DNA of 64,000 nt from Octopus vulgaris (taxonomy: Eukaryota). This document shows positions 40,511-53,086 of the stretch, in pieces. The DNA is taken from contig OX597815.1 of NCBI GenBank assembly GCA_951406725.2, positions 133,672,001 to 133,736,000 on the forward strand, written 5' to 3'. Within the stretch, counting starts at the first letter, position 1. Every line of letters begins with the position of its first letter. Position numbers and translations under genes: made by a program. The notes beneath the pieces were generated by a model that saw only the letters and a program-made list of their open reading frames with translations, searched no databases and was not told the origin of the DNA.

Positions 40511-40680
40511 GTATGTATAAAACTGAGGATGTGTATGTGTGTCTGTCTGTATGTGTGCATCACTAAAACTTGAGTGTTACACAACCGATTTCATTCAAAT
40601 TTTACACATGCTTTACTTAGGGCCCATGGAGTGTCATGGGCCCCAAAAAATTGAACTTTTGTTTAATGGGAGCCTGGACC

Positions 40681-40709
<29 letters not shown>

Positions 40710-40718
<9 letters not shown>

Positions 40719-43700
40719 AAATCTGTTCTCTCTGTCTGTTTGTGCACTTATAACTCAAGTATTCTTCATCCGATCGTGTTGAAATTTTAAACATAGATAC
40801 ATGAGAGAGCGGGGCATTACATAATCTAAAAAGATCTTCAAAATCGTTAGTTTAAAAGTGAGAATCACTATTATTGTAATCTTTTTGTCCAGTTTGTTCA
40901 GCCATTAAAAGCAACGAGTTTGCTCAGACAGATGCACATACCATTTCGCAAGCAACAAGATGAGTACAGGATGACAGTCAGCCAAAACCGTCGCTATGCT
41001 GTCTCTCTTCTTTCCTTTCTCTGTCTCTCTTATGATGTCCGATTCCACTTGAAGTTGTATATATAGTGTTATTAAGGTTCGTTATCTAACAATTATCTTT
41101 ATTGAGATGAAACAGTCAAGAGTAACCACCACATACAATCACCAAACATCTCCACTACTTAACACTGTCCAAATTAACCCTCTTCCCCTTCACAGCTGAC
41201 ATGAAAAACTACGAGGAAAAGGCAACCATTTTAATTAAGCAAAAAACAAAAAAAGAGAAAAAATTGCTATTAAAACTCGTAAAATTTTGAGGTTAATTTT
41301 CTCAATATACTTTTTGTCCACACGTGCTTCTAAATGCTCATTTACAATTAAGTTTATTTTTGTGCTGATAATATCGTGCCAAAATTTCTTTTTAAACATT
41401 CTGGGGTTTTTGTTGAGATACCATATTGAGAGCTTGCAAAAACCATTGAGGTAACTTTTTGATTTCATTTGGTTAGGTTTTATTGAATTTCAGATTTCTT
41501 GATAGGATGCCTCAAGAAAGAAAGAGCAACCTTGGCAAAAATACAAGACATGCTTTTGCTATGCGTTCACTGCGGGCAAGCGAGACAGCTGAACAAGCTG
41601 ACCGTCGGTGTGCAAGCGCTGCTGACTCTACGTCGATGGCTAGAGCTTCAGTAACACCTGAAAAAGATAACCGTCGGTGTGCACGCGATGCTGTCTCTAT
41701 GTCGATGGCTAGAGCTTCAGAAACACCTGAACAAGCTGACCGTCGGCGTGCACGCGATGCTGCTTCCACGTCAAATAGCCGTGCTTTAGAGACTGCTGAC
41801 CAACGGGCAACAAGGCTTGAAACTGATTCTCATCAGAAAATACGTCGTCATGTCTTTCCGAGGGTTTCTTTGTGTTACTGGTCTAACAAAGCTTTTCATT
41901 ACAGCCCCCAAGAGGACTACGCATCCCATCCACATATCATCATTGGTCGCATGTCAACTGTTTGCGTCCATTGTAATGCAACGAGGTAGCCAGCTGAATC
42001 TGCTGGTATTTGCTGCTCCAAAGGGACAGTTAGATTGCCTCATTTGAAAGTTGGTGGCGATGAACACAGTTTTCTTCAGATTTACTTTATGGGAAACGGC
42101 CCTGAAGAAACTGCTCGAGGAGCCTCAGTCGTTTCTGGAACAATAGCATCTCTTCTACAACCCCTTCAAAATATGCTTCATACCGTTAACCCCTACGTTA
42201 CTAGTTTCAAAACTGCTTTTCAGCACAGAGATGCCAATACTAATCATTTCAAGGTTGTCATTTGAAATTAGCTCCACCATAAGGCCAAGATAAGGGTTGT
42301 TTTAACAGACCCCCAAACAGCCGAGGCTGCTGTGCTTATAACGGGTCCCCATGAGAGTGCTTCAAAACGTGATATTGTTCTTGAATGGCAGAACTCGCAT
42401 CTCCAAAGAATAAATTAACTTAATCCTGCATATGATGCCCTCCAATATCCATTACTTTTCCCTTTTGGCAATGATGGCTACCACATTGACTTACCAAAGT
42501 GTAATCCGGTAACTTTAATGAACCTTCAACCATTGAAAACTATTTCCCAAATGGAATTTTATGCATTTAGGCTTATGGTTCGCAAAGACGACATCAACAT
42601 TCTGCAAAGAGCAGAATCAATACTGTATACACATATTTGCTAAGGTAATTATTGCTTTTTTTAATGATTTCGTTACGGTAATTTCCTAAGCCAGTTCTCA
42701 GATTATATAACACGAGTCTTTTTTTTTCATTTTCCATGTTGACACTGAACGGCTCCAATGGATTAGACACCATCAAAAGGAACTACGTGCAGAAGAATAC
42801 GGCAATCTACATGACGAAGTCAACCGAAATGATCAAGTTATGGCTTTGGATGTTGGGCTTCCTGTCATTCTCCCATAATCATACACTGGAGGCACCAGTT
42901 ACATGCATGAAAAATGCAGGATGCTCTTACCTATGTCTGCCACTGTGGCTGTCCTGATCTTTTCATCACCTTCACTTGCAATCCTAAATAGAGAGATATC
43001 TATTCTCACCTATTTCCTGGCTCAAATCCTTCAGACAGGCATGATATCATATCGAGAGTGTTTCACCTTAAGCTTAAGAAAATGATGAATATTATTAGAC
43101 ATGGACAACTTTTTGGACCAGTACGGTGTTTCATGTACACCAATGAATGGCAGAAGAGAAGACTTCCACATGCCCGTATTTTCCTTTGGCTTCAAAACAA
43201 GCTCATGTTGACTGATGTTGATTCCGTTATCAGTGCTGAATTGCTAAATCCCCAAGAAGAACCAGTCTTTTTTTCATATCATTAAAACCAACATGATCCA
43301 CGGACCGTGTGGCCACCTTAATCATAACTCTGCATGTATGGACCATGAGAGGTGCACAAAGCGTTACTCACGAAAGCTTATACATGAAACCAAATCTGGC
43401 AATGATGGCTACCCTTTATACCGTCGCAGGGCATACGGTGGACATACGGCAACTATATCAACGGTTGATAGCCAAGATTTCAATATCGACAATAGATGGG
43501 TTGTGCTACATAACAAGGTGCTTTGTAAAATGTTTTCAGCCCACATAAACGGTGAATCCTGCAACTCTGTAAAATCAGTCCAATACATCTGCAAGTACGT
43601 TCATAAGGGATCGGATCGAGCAGTTACTGAGTTGGCTAGGACAGATAACCCTGATGTCACCACAGATGAAATCACGTTTTACCAAACTGAACGCTACATT

Positions 43701-46700
43701 TCTTCCAACGAGGCATTTTGGGGCATATTTGGTTTTCCGATCCACGAACGTGAACCTACAGTTATTCACCTCAGCTTTCATTTGGAGAATGGTCAGCAGG
43801 TGTATTTTAACGAGGAAAATATGTGTGACTGTGCATGACTACCTCGAAAATCAACACTTACCGGATTCTTTGACTTTTACGGTTCTGACTCTTTTGCGAG
43901 AACCCTTCTTTATGCAGAGGTGCCTACATTCTATACATGGAATTATTCTTCCCGCTGTTGGCAAAAAAGAAAGCGAGGGCGTATTTCACAAAGGGATCCT
44001 TCAATGTGTGAAGCTGATGTCCTTTCAAGAGCGTATATAGTTCATCCGCTTAAATCAGAGGGCTTTCCCCTCCGCTACGATGATCTTCGCACCGTCAACG
44101 GCAATATTTGTTCATCATTTAAAGAGACCTACTCCAAATTAGGTCTTCTTGATAACACTGATCAATAAGATCATGCCCTCCATGAGGCATCCACTTTGAA
44201 GTCACCAAAAGCTCTTTGCAAGCTTTTTGCCGTTATGCTGGTGTTCTGCGGTCTCCAAAATCCTTAATCTTTATGGGATAGATATCGTGACAGCATGTGT
44301 CTCGACATTCTTATGCAATCCCGTTTCGGATTCCCAAACATGAATTTGCAGTTTACACCAGAAATGTACAACTGCGGTCTGATGTTTCTAGAAGATACAA
44401 CTTTACAAATAGGTGGTCTTCTTTTGAAGAGCTACTATGTCGTGTTCCCAAAACGAGAAAATGAGGCTGTTTGTAACCACCACTTACTTAGGGAAACATG
44501 CTATGATGCTTCGAGTCTTCTGTTCTACGTACAGGAACAAGAACACCGGTTTCATCAATGTTTGAAGACAGTAACGATGGCATCCTCTTCCTTGATGCAC
44601 TAGGTGACACAGGAAAGATATTTCTACTCAACCTCCTTCACGCTAAAGTTCGCCAACGTGGGCAGATAGCCATTGCAATGGCGTCTCCAGGAATAGCAGC
44701 CATGCTGTTAGACGGGGGTAGAAGAGTCCATTCAACATTCAACCTTCCTCTTAACATCAGTCATGTCGAAATTCCTTCAACCAACTGATGAGGCTGTTGT
44801 CTTTTAAAAATGTAAATTGATAGTCTGGGACAAGGCAACAATGTCTCACAAGAATGCATTTGATGCCATCAATGCAACACTACAAGACCTGCGCTCCAGC
44901 TCTCAACCGTTCGGTGGCGCTATTTTGCTTTTTGCTTCTTCCCATCGTCCCAAAAAGCCACCCGGATGATGAAATAGAAGCTTGCATTAAACATTCTCAT
45001 CTTTGGCATTTCGTTCAGATGAGAAAGTTAACTGTCACCATGCACTCGATTCTTCACCAACAAGAGGGTGATGATGACTTTGCTACAAAGTTATTGGATG
45101 TTGGTAATGGGAACTTACCGATGGATGCAAACGGTTTGGCTGACATAAGTACCATCGGCAACTACATCTCTGGCCGCGAGGATCTTTGCAGAACAGTTTA
45201 CCCCGACCTTTCAACAAACTACGTCAGTCACCCATGGATGTGTGAAAGGGCCATTTTAGCTCCAACAAACGCCACCGTCCAAGCACTTAACACGTGCCTC
45301 CTTCGTTAACTTCCAACCCAGGAGCGAATCTATCAATGCATCCATCGATTCAATAACGGATCCAATGCAAGAAATGGTTTACACAACAGAATTTTTTAAC
45401 TCCCAAGAACCATCTGGAATGCTACCTCACAAACCCTGCCTCAGACTTGGAGGTTCAATTATTCTACTGAGAAACTTGGAACCTCCTCGGCTTTGCAATA
45501 GCACCCGGTTGGTTGTAACCCAATTGTAGGATGACGTTATCGAGGCTAAAATCATAACAGGTCAAGGGACTGGTGACACTGTTTTCATTTCCCGAATATC
45601 ACTAATTCCAACTGACTATGTATTCCCAATGAAAAGAGTACAGTTCCCTGTACGTCTAAGCTTTGTTATGACCATTAATAAAGCCCAGGGGCAGTCACTC
45701 AAAGTGGTTGGGCTGGTCCTCAGCATGACATGTTTTTCACATGGGCAGCTGTATGTAGGCTGTTCCAGAGTTGGAAACTCGGCCAATCTCTTTTACTACG
45801 CTCCCGGAGGATTGACAAGGAATGTGGTTTACAAGGCAGCCCTCCAATAGTCATTTCCATGGAGCTGAAAGCCCTTTAAGGTTAGTCCTTTCTGTGATTA
45901 CTTACTTTTCCGATTAGGTTACTGTTTCTCTTCCAAAAATGCCCTACTTTGAAATCGACCATTTTTGATTTTTATTGGATAGTCTTCCACTTACCCCAGG
46001 TAAACTCACATCAATTTAACACGTAGGTTCATATAGTTTGCCTTCCGAGATAAAATTGATTTGCAAAGAACATGCCTTATGTTTTTTACTGCACATTATG
46101 TTATTTCACCCCTCTTTTTGTGTCGGTTTTTGAGAGAAGAGAGACTTCCCTAAACATTTTTGCACCTTTATTGAGTAGCAGTTTTTGTCTGCCTGTCCAT
46201 CGAGTGATTAAAACTTCCATTTATATTTTTATTCGAAACTAATGTTACTTATCCCGTAGTTCTTACCAATACGCCACTGAAAATTGAAATAAAATACGTA
46301 AAGCAACAATCGTCAAATGCAAAAGTTAAAGATCTGTTTATTGCTTAAATATCACTTGCCATATTCACTTTGGAGATAAAACAGCATTCAGTCTGACGGA
46401 TAGGTTTCAACATGAGGTATGTACTATGGAAGAGTACATTGCGCTTATCCTAATGTGAAAGTGTTTGAGTACAAAAAGATTAAGGTTAATTATGATGTCC
46501 GATTCCACTGGAAGTTGTATATATTGTGGGCTGAACAACATTCCTTTATTTGATTGGCCTCATGTTAATTTTGAAAAGGTTTACTATCAAGCAATTTTCC
46601 TTATTTAGAAGAAACAGTCAACAGTTTTAACGTCTCAGGAATCTTTAATGCCCTAACCAAAAGTAACAACTCCATACAAAACATCTCCACAACTTAACAT

Positions 46701-46760
46701 CGTCCAAGTTAACCCTCTTCACCTATACAAACTGTCCAATGCACAGAGGGCGTTTTCTAG
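40710..46760 (+). mobile_element. Helitron, near full length, decayed
   Basis: Rep-helicase pseudogene inside. 3' end CTAG|T at 46757-46761, preceded by a degenerate GC-rich segment. The 5' end merges into (TA)n at ~40690-40712. Confidence 0.9.
41507..45850 (+). pseudogene. Helitron Rep (HUH endonuclease)-PIF1 helicase pseudogene
   Basis: ETPEQ-type N-terminal repeats; CxxC..CC; PDLFITFTCNP; EWQKRRLPHARI (HUH, second His changed to Arg); MIHGPCG; QYICKYVHKG; LDALGDTGK (Walker A); QFPVRLSFVMTINKAQGQSL; FSHGQLYVGCSRV. Many stops and frameshifts. Confidence 0.95.
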
Positions 46761-46777
46761 TATATATATATATATAT

Positions 46778-48995
46778 GATTGATTGATTGATTGATTGAT
46801 TCTAGTTTCAGCTTATGAGCTGTGGCCATGCTGGGGCACCGCCATTTGGTGTTGCTACTTGGTTTCACTTCATGGAGGCTTTCTAGCAACTGCTATTTGG
46901 TGCATGAGAGAGTTCGATGCAGCTGCCCTCATCTGCCCCTCCTGCTGTGAAGTTGGTTCATCTGGGACACCTGACAGGAAGAGATCCAGCTTCATTTTAA
47001 AGACATCTGTATCCACCCCATGCAGGTCTCTCAGGTTCTTCGGGAGGATATTGAAGAGCTGTGGGCCTCGGAAGCCCAGGCTATCACAGAATCTTGTCCT
47101 ACATCTTGATGGCAGGTTTGGAGTCCTAGGCACCACGCAGTGGCGCCCAGTTCTGGCATTTGCGTAACTCTCGATGCCAAAGTTCAGGACACTTCCCTCC
47201 AGGATCTTCCAGATGTATATTATGGCATATCTTTCCCGCCTACGCTCCAGGGAATATAATTTTAATCTCTTGAGTCTTTCCCAGTAGCTTACATTCTGCA
47301 TAGAGGATATCTTCTTTGTGTAGCTTCGTTGGATCGCCTCAAGTTCTGTGATCAACTTGACACTGGATGGTGACCATAGCTGAGAGCAATAGTCAAAGTG
47401 GCTTAGGACAAGTGTCTTCCAGAGGACCATCATGGTTTCTTGTTCTCTTGTTCTAAAGGTTCTAAGAATCCATCCAGCCAGCCGTCTACATTTCATTGTC
47501 AGTTTAGCAACATGTACATGAAAGGTCGCGTCATCACTCATGTGAATACCCAGGTCACGCACTGATTGTGCTTCTGGGATTGCAATCCCTCCGGGTCCAG
47601 TGTATTCATTGGGTATTGCATTCAGTTTTGCATGCTGATAGTATAAAGCTTGAAACTTTCCAGCATTGAACTGCATGCTATTCTTTTCAGCCCACTTGTA
47701 TATTTCGTCCAGCTCACATTGCAGGTGTTTAGTGTCCTCAGGGTTCTGTATTGCCTGTGAAACTTTTGTATCATCTGCATAACTTGTGATCGTGGCTCTC
47801 TGCGTGGCTGAGGGCATGTCTGAGAGGGCCATTATGAACAGTAGTGGTCCCAGAACAGTGCCCTGCGGAACACCGCTCACTATTTGTGTGTTAATGGAGG
47901 TGGCCCCATTGGCTACTACCACCTGACTTCTATCCTTCAGAAAGTCATGAAGCCATTCTCCCAGTTTTCCAACTATGTTGAGATCACGCAGTTTGTGACA
48001 TATCATTCCATGATCGACTTTATCAAAGGCCTTTGCAAAGTCGAGATATATCACTTCCACATTTGAGTGGTTGAGCAGCCGTTTCAGCACCCAGTCATAG
48101 TGTTGTAGGAGCTGAGTTAAACAGCTTCTCCCTGGTCGGAAACCATGTTGGGTGTCGGGCAGCAAGTCATTCTCTTCAAGGAAGGTGATCAGCTTCCTTC
48201 TGACTATTCGTTCCATGACCTTGCTGATGTGTGAGGTCAGAGAGATAGGTCTATAGTTCTTGGCTTCCGCTCTGCTACCTCCTTTATGAATGGGGCATAT
48301 TTTACCTTCCTTCAGTTTTCCTGGAAGTTTGCCAGCTGCAAGGAAGCTCTGAAAGAGGAACTGCAGTGGTCTTGCTAGGACTCTCTTACATGCTTTTAGG
48401 AGGATTGCCGGGAATCCATCGGGGCCAGTAGCTGAGTCTGTTTTCATTTCATCTATAGCCTTGGTTACATCGTCTTCCTTTATATCGATGTAATCTATCG
48501 TCGCCGCCTCTGATTTTATATCTGCAGTGGTAAAAAAGTCAGTTGGATTGGTGATTTGGAGATGCCCAAGGGGTGGAGTGAAAACACTCTTGAATTGCTC
48601 ATTCAGTATTTCACTTACCCTCATTGGTTTTCCTGTAAGTGTGCCATCCTTTTCAAGGAGTGGCCCTATTCTACAGTGCACTGTAGCTGTTTCTTTGGCA
48701 TACCTGTAGAAAGCTCTGGGGTTAGATTTTATGTTTTCTATAGCCCAGGCTTCTTTGTCTGCTCTTTCTTTTTCATGGGAGAGTTGCAGACATTTTTCGA
48801 TTTCCAACAGTTTTATTTTTAGGCGGGACTTTTCACTGCTTTCAATCTGTTTGTTTGTTTAGGCGATTTGAAAATTTCGTACGCCGTCTCATTAAAATTT
48901 TCCTCTCTCTGGGGATTTTGTTATTGTGTACAGTGGCCTTTCTCTCTGGGACACATTTGTAGCATATGGCTTGCATTACAGACATGAATTGTTGA

Positions 48996-49000
<5 letters not shown>
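46778..49000 (-). mobile_element. 5'-truncated CR1/L2-group LINE with (AATC)n tail, inserted in (TA)n
   Basis: RT ORF, short 3'UTR, (AATC)n tail at 46778-46802, (TA)n on both flanks. Confidence 0.93.
46870..48807 (-). CDS. non-LTR retrotransposon reverse transcriptase, 645 aa open frame lacking the endonuclease
   Basis: ATGPDG, NYRPISLTS, QHGFRPGRSC, YLDFAKAFDKV, SGVPQGTVLGPLLF, YADD, RDLG. Homology appears to continue through a frameshift to ~49000. Confidence 0.93.
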   Translation of the reverse strand: MEIEKCLQLSHEKERADKEAWAIENIKSNPRAFYRYAKETATVHCRIGPLLEKDGTLTGKPMRVSEILNEQFKSVFTPPLGHLQITNPTDFFTTADIKSEAATIDYIDIKEDDVTKAIDEMKTDSATGPDGFPAILLKACKRVLARPLQFLFQSFLAAGKLPGKLKEGKICPIHKGGSRAEAKNYRPISLTSHISKVMERIVRRKLITFLEENDLLPDTQHGFRPGRSCLTQLLQHYDWVLKRLLNHSNVEVIYLDFAKAFDKVDHGMICHKLRDLNIVGKLGEWLHDFLKDRSQVVVANGATSINTQIVSGVPQGTVLGPLLFIMALSDMPSATQRATITSYADDTKVSQAIQNPEDTKHLQCELDEIYKWAEKNSMQFNAGKFQALYYQHAKLNAIPNEYTGPGGIAIPEAQSVRDLGIHMSDDATFHVHVAKLTMKCRRLAGWILRTFRTREQETMMVLWKTLVLSHFDYCSQLWSPSSVKLITELEAIQRSYTKKISSMQNVSYWERLKRLKLYSLERRRERYAIIYIWKILEGSVLNFGIESYANARTGRHCVVPRTPNLPSRCRTRFCDSLGFRGPQLFNILPKNLRDLHGVDTDVFKMKLDLFLSGVPDEPTSQQEGQMRAAASNSLMHQIAVARKPP

Positions 49001-49042
<42 letters not shown>

Positions 49043-49046
49043 GATA

Positions 49047-49632
49047 TGTAACGAGCTTCACGTGTGAAGTGTGAATATCTTGTCTTGTACTTTCGGGGTA
49101 CAAGAAAGCAATCACTCACTAGCCGTTGCTTTAATAATCCAGAATTCTACTAGTCAGAAACAACAAGACGCAGACGTGAAATATATATAACTACTTTATT
49201 CTCTTTCTTGGTAACAATAACAATAAGTGTGTTATCTGATGTCCTTGATTCTGGGCGCGCAAGGCTGAAAGTTAATAGATTGTAATATTTACAATGTCCA
49301 GCCGCTAAACCAGAAAGGGGTCAAGATGGCGTCGAACAGGGAAGTTGAATGTGGTCGGCAACAATTTGGTTAAAGGCATTCGGCCGACTGCTGCTATCAA
49401 CCGGAGAGAATATATGCGTGACCGCCGCCTTCAATCGCTGGGTCCCAAGTCGCCGCTTGCTGCTGCTAGTGGTCAAACGTTCTACGATCCCCCTGCCTTG
49501 GCCAGGGTCGTGCTTCCGGTGGTTCGCGCATGCGCGAGAGGGCCCTTCCTTGCTCTGCCTTGGTAAAGGCACCAACACGCGCGAAATACAAATGGACGGT
49601 GCGCGAGCGCGCGCCGTTGTAGGATCACTACA
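49047..49632 (-). mobile_element. solo LTR (Gypsy-like), 586 bp, 4-bp TSD
   Basis: Minus-strand termini TGTAGTGA...TCGTTACA; TSD GATA at 49043-49046 and 49633-49636; AATAAA on minus at 49195-49200; CpG-rich. Confidence 0.8.
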
Positions 49633-50049
49633 GATATATATGTATATGTATATATATAGGCACAGGCGTGGGTGTGTGCTAAGAAGCTTGCTTCCCAACA
49701 GGGTTCAGGCATGTCAAACCCTCCAACACATGCCAGCATGGAAAACAGATGTTAAATTATGACGATAAGTATTCATTTCCTTTAGTCATAATGTAAATGT
49801 TACATCTGCATGTTTACACACATGCGTGCGTGCACACACACACACACATACACACACACACAAACACACAAACACACACACACAAACACACACGCACACA
49901 CACACACATACACACACACACACACGTTTGTGTGTGTGTATCCTAACATCTCTGCCCATATGCAGAGTTCACATTGTAACACATGCTTTCAGGTTCTATG
50001 TCACCATGGGGAAGAGTCTTCTTCTATAGCCTTGGGTCATGGAATTGGG

Positions 50050-50290
50050 AGACAGAAAAAGGTGTTTGAAATATTTGTGTTGAAAAGAAAAAGGTCTGGA
50101 GATATCACTATGAAGGAGGGTCAAAAGTGGAAAGTGTACAGATGAGGATCCTCCAGAAGTTTATCCAACTGAGGGACCAGCTATAGAAGTAGATAACTAT
50201 ATGGTCAAAATGGCTATTAAGAATATCAGTTTGGGGGATGCAGCTGGTCCAACGAGCTAGTTCACTGAGATGCTGAAAATATCAGGTAAT
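50050..50290 (+). pseudogene. RTE-like RT N-terminal fragment
   Basis: EGPAIEVDNYMVKMAIKNI..GDAAGPT..EMLKISG. Confidence 0.5.
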
Positions 50291-50829
50291 ACCAATGAAG
50301 TGGATGACATTTAAAATATTAAATATCCACCAAATTATCTTTTACTATATCAGGGTTTGTATCAGTTGTCATTATGACTTGATGTGCAGAACAGATGTAC
50401 TTTGAAGCATGTAAAGTACAATTATTTTAAGCTTTGTATGAACTTCAGAAAGATTTAACAGATGACCATCAAGAGTATTGTCCAACAGAAAAACAGCTTT
50501 GATTAACAAGTTATTCTCAATGCAGAAGAGTCATATAGAACAGTGTAAAAATGATGTGAGTACTGATCCAAGATCAATTTCTGTGTGATCCATGCTTTAT
50601 TATTAAATTTCTAATAAGGCAGCAAGTGGGCAGAATCATTAGCACACCGGGCAAAATTCTGAGTGGCATTTCATTTGTTTTTACATTCTGAATTCAAATT
50701 CACTTTGCCTTTCATCCTTTCAGAATCAATAAAATAAGTACCAGTTGAATACTAGGGTCGATGCAATTGACTTAACCCTTCCCCCAAAATTTGAAATCAT
50801 TACTAAATTTCTAATAGATAGACAAATGT

Positions 50830-51400
50830 GTTTTTTCTTTTCAATTCCTTTTAATGAAAGCTTGTAGTGTTTCTGTGTGGTAAGCCAACAACAGCTTCAG
50901 TTTCAGAGTTCTAGGAATACAACAAGCAAGCATCTATGTTTGAAAACTTTAAAATCCTAGTGCAAACTCCTCTTCAATAGTAATAAAGCTCCATGAAGGT
51001 ATTCTCTTCCAATATAACCTAGTCTCATTTCTGTTGAAAATAATATCCTCAGGAATTCTGGGAATGCTTTAGCTGTTCTGGTATCTGCATTTGCTGCCTC
51101 ACAGCTTAACACTATAGCACTTAGAGCCAGAAAACCAGCCCTTATTACCTGCTAATGTTTCACCTCCATCCTCTTTCTCCTTCATATTATCAAAAATAGA
51201 CAATATCTTATCACAAATGACAGCTTGACTCAAGGGAATGTTTCTGTGTTTCAAGTTTTCCACCCAATATGTTAATAACTTCTCCATTTGTTTTACTAAT
51301 TTTGCTTTGAGAATAATTTACTCATGCATTCCTTGTCTGGCAGCTTGCTGCATTGGACTTTTGTTTTCCTTGCATATATAATTGTTTTAGGTGTCTATGT
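50830..51400 (-). pseudogene. Tigger/pogo transposase remnant (CENP-B-type HTH into the DDE start)
   Basis: MEKLLTYWVENLKHRNIPLSQAVICDK...KGWF, then EAANADTRTAKAFP and NRNETRLYWKRIP. Confidence 0.75.
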
Positions 51401-51683
51401 TGTCATAAACAGACACAGATACACTCTTGGCTCTCCCACACTTGTCCCAGAGGAATGTTGATGACATGACAGCTGGAAGGAGTGTGAGGTATTCATTTGC
51501 AGGTGAATAGACTTTGGCAATGTGTCTGATGCAATGATAGAGCACACTGCTTGGTCTAGGAATTGAACCTGCAACCTATGCTTGTGAACCCAATAATCTT
51601 AGCATTCAGCCATACACTATGTATGCATGTGTCTGTGTGTGAGAGAGAGTGAGAAAGAGAGATAGACTGAGTATATTCAATTA

Positions 51684-52098
51684 TCTTTTTACTTGCTTCA
51701 GTTATTTGACTGTAGCCATGCTGGAGCACTGCCTTGAAGGGTATTTTTAGACAAACAAATCAACCCCAGGACTTATTTCTTAAGCCTAGTACTTATTTGT
51801 TATGGGGATGTAAACACACCAACACTGGTTGTCAAGCAGTGATGCGGGGGACAAAAACAGACACAAAGACACACACACACATAGATATATACATACATAC
51901 ATATATACATACATACATATATACATACATACATACACACACACATGTATATATATGCATATATATACACACACATATATATACATATATATATATATGC
52001 ATACATATATATATATACATATATATATTTACACACATATATATATACACATATATATCTACATACATATATATGTACATACATACACTCATATATAC

Positions 52099-52149
<51 letters not shown>

Positions 52150-52308
52150 ATGGGTTTCTTTCAGTTTCTGTCTACCAAATCCACTCACAAGACATTGGTC
52201 AGCCTGAGGTTATAGTAAAATACCCTTGCCCAAGGTGCCATAGTGGGACTGAACCCGGAACAATGTGGTTGGGAAGCAGACTTCTTACCACACAGTCATG
52301 CCTTTGCC
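51684..52308 (-). mobile_element. SINE family A with internal microsatellite expanded to ~280 bp
   Basis: Both SINE halves flank a (TA/CA)-rich tract at ~51868-52148. Confidence 0.85.
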
Positions 52309-52537
52309 TATATGTATATAATTTAGTCAAAAACTAAGTTTTTGTGAATTGTTACAGACTTCTCTTTCCTTGTCTTCAACCAAAAACACAAAACTTTTAA
52401 GTAACAATTCAAGGCAGACTCAACTTTGGATGAATAATATTATTCCACTTTATCTAACAGTATTGAGTACTTACTTTTCACTTATTTGTAATTCATTTTA
52501 CTGTGAAACACCAGTGCTGCACACATACTCTTTATTA

Positions 52538-52915
52538 TTTTACTTGTTTCAGTCATTGAACAATGACCACGCTGGAACACAGCTTTGCAAGGGTTTTGAT
52601 AGATCAAATCAAACCCTGGTACTTATTCTAAATATGTCACTTATTCCATCAATCTCTTTTTGCTGAATTGCTAAGCTCATGGGGATGTAATCGAAGCTAT
52701 ACTCATTGCCAAGCAATGAGGGACAAATACAAACATTCACACACACACACACACACACATGTATGTGTGTACACGAGGGTCTTTCAACACTTTCTGTCTA
52801 CCATGTTCACTCACAAGGCATTGGTTGGCCCAGGACTATATAGTACCAGAGTATCATATAGTGATACTGAACCTGGAAACCTAATAGCTGCAAAGCAAAC
52901 TTTTTAACCACACAG
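52538..52915 (-). mobile_element. SINE family A, old copy
   Basis: Degenerate tail, body and head. Confidence 0.7.
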
Positions 52916-53086
52916 TCTGTGTGTGTGTGTGTGTGTGTGTATGTGTGTGTGTCTGTGTATGTGTCCATGAGTGGGCATCCATGTGAGAGTGTATTTATAT
53001 ATAGGTTTATAAGTACATAAATATGTGTATGTGTGTATAAAGATATTTATGCATATAAATATTTGTGTAAAGTAATATACATATAT

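Noticed and set aside
41507-45850. Host PIF1 helicase gene or active Helitron
   Set aside because: The helicase is fused to an HUH Rep with a Helitron 3' terminus, and it has many stops, frameshifts and damaged catalytic motifs.
49321-49762. Overlapping GC-rich ORFs of 73-137 aa
   Set aside because: They lie in the solo LTR and adjacent repeats and have no recognisable protein motifs.
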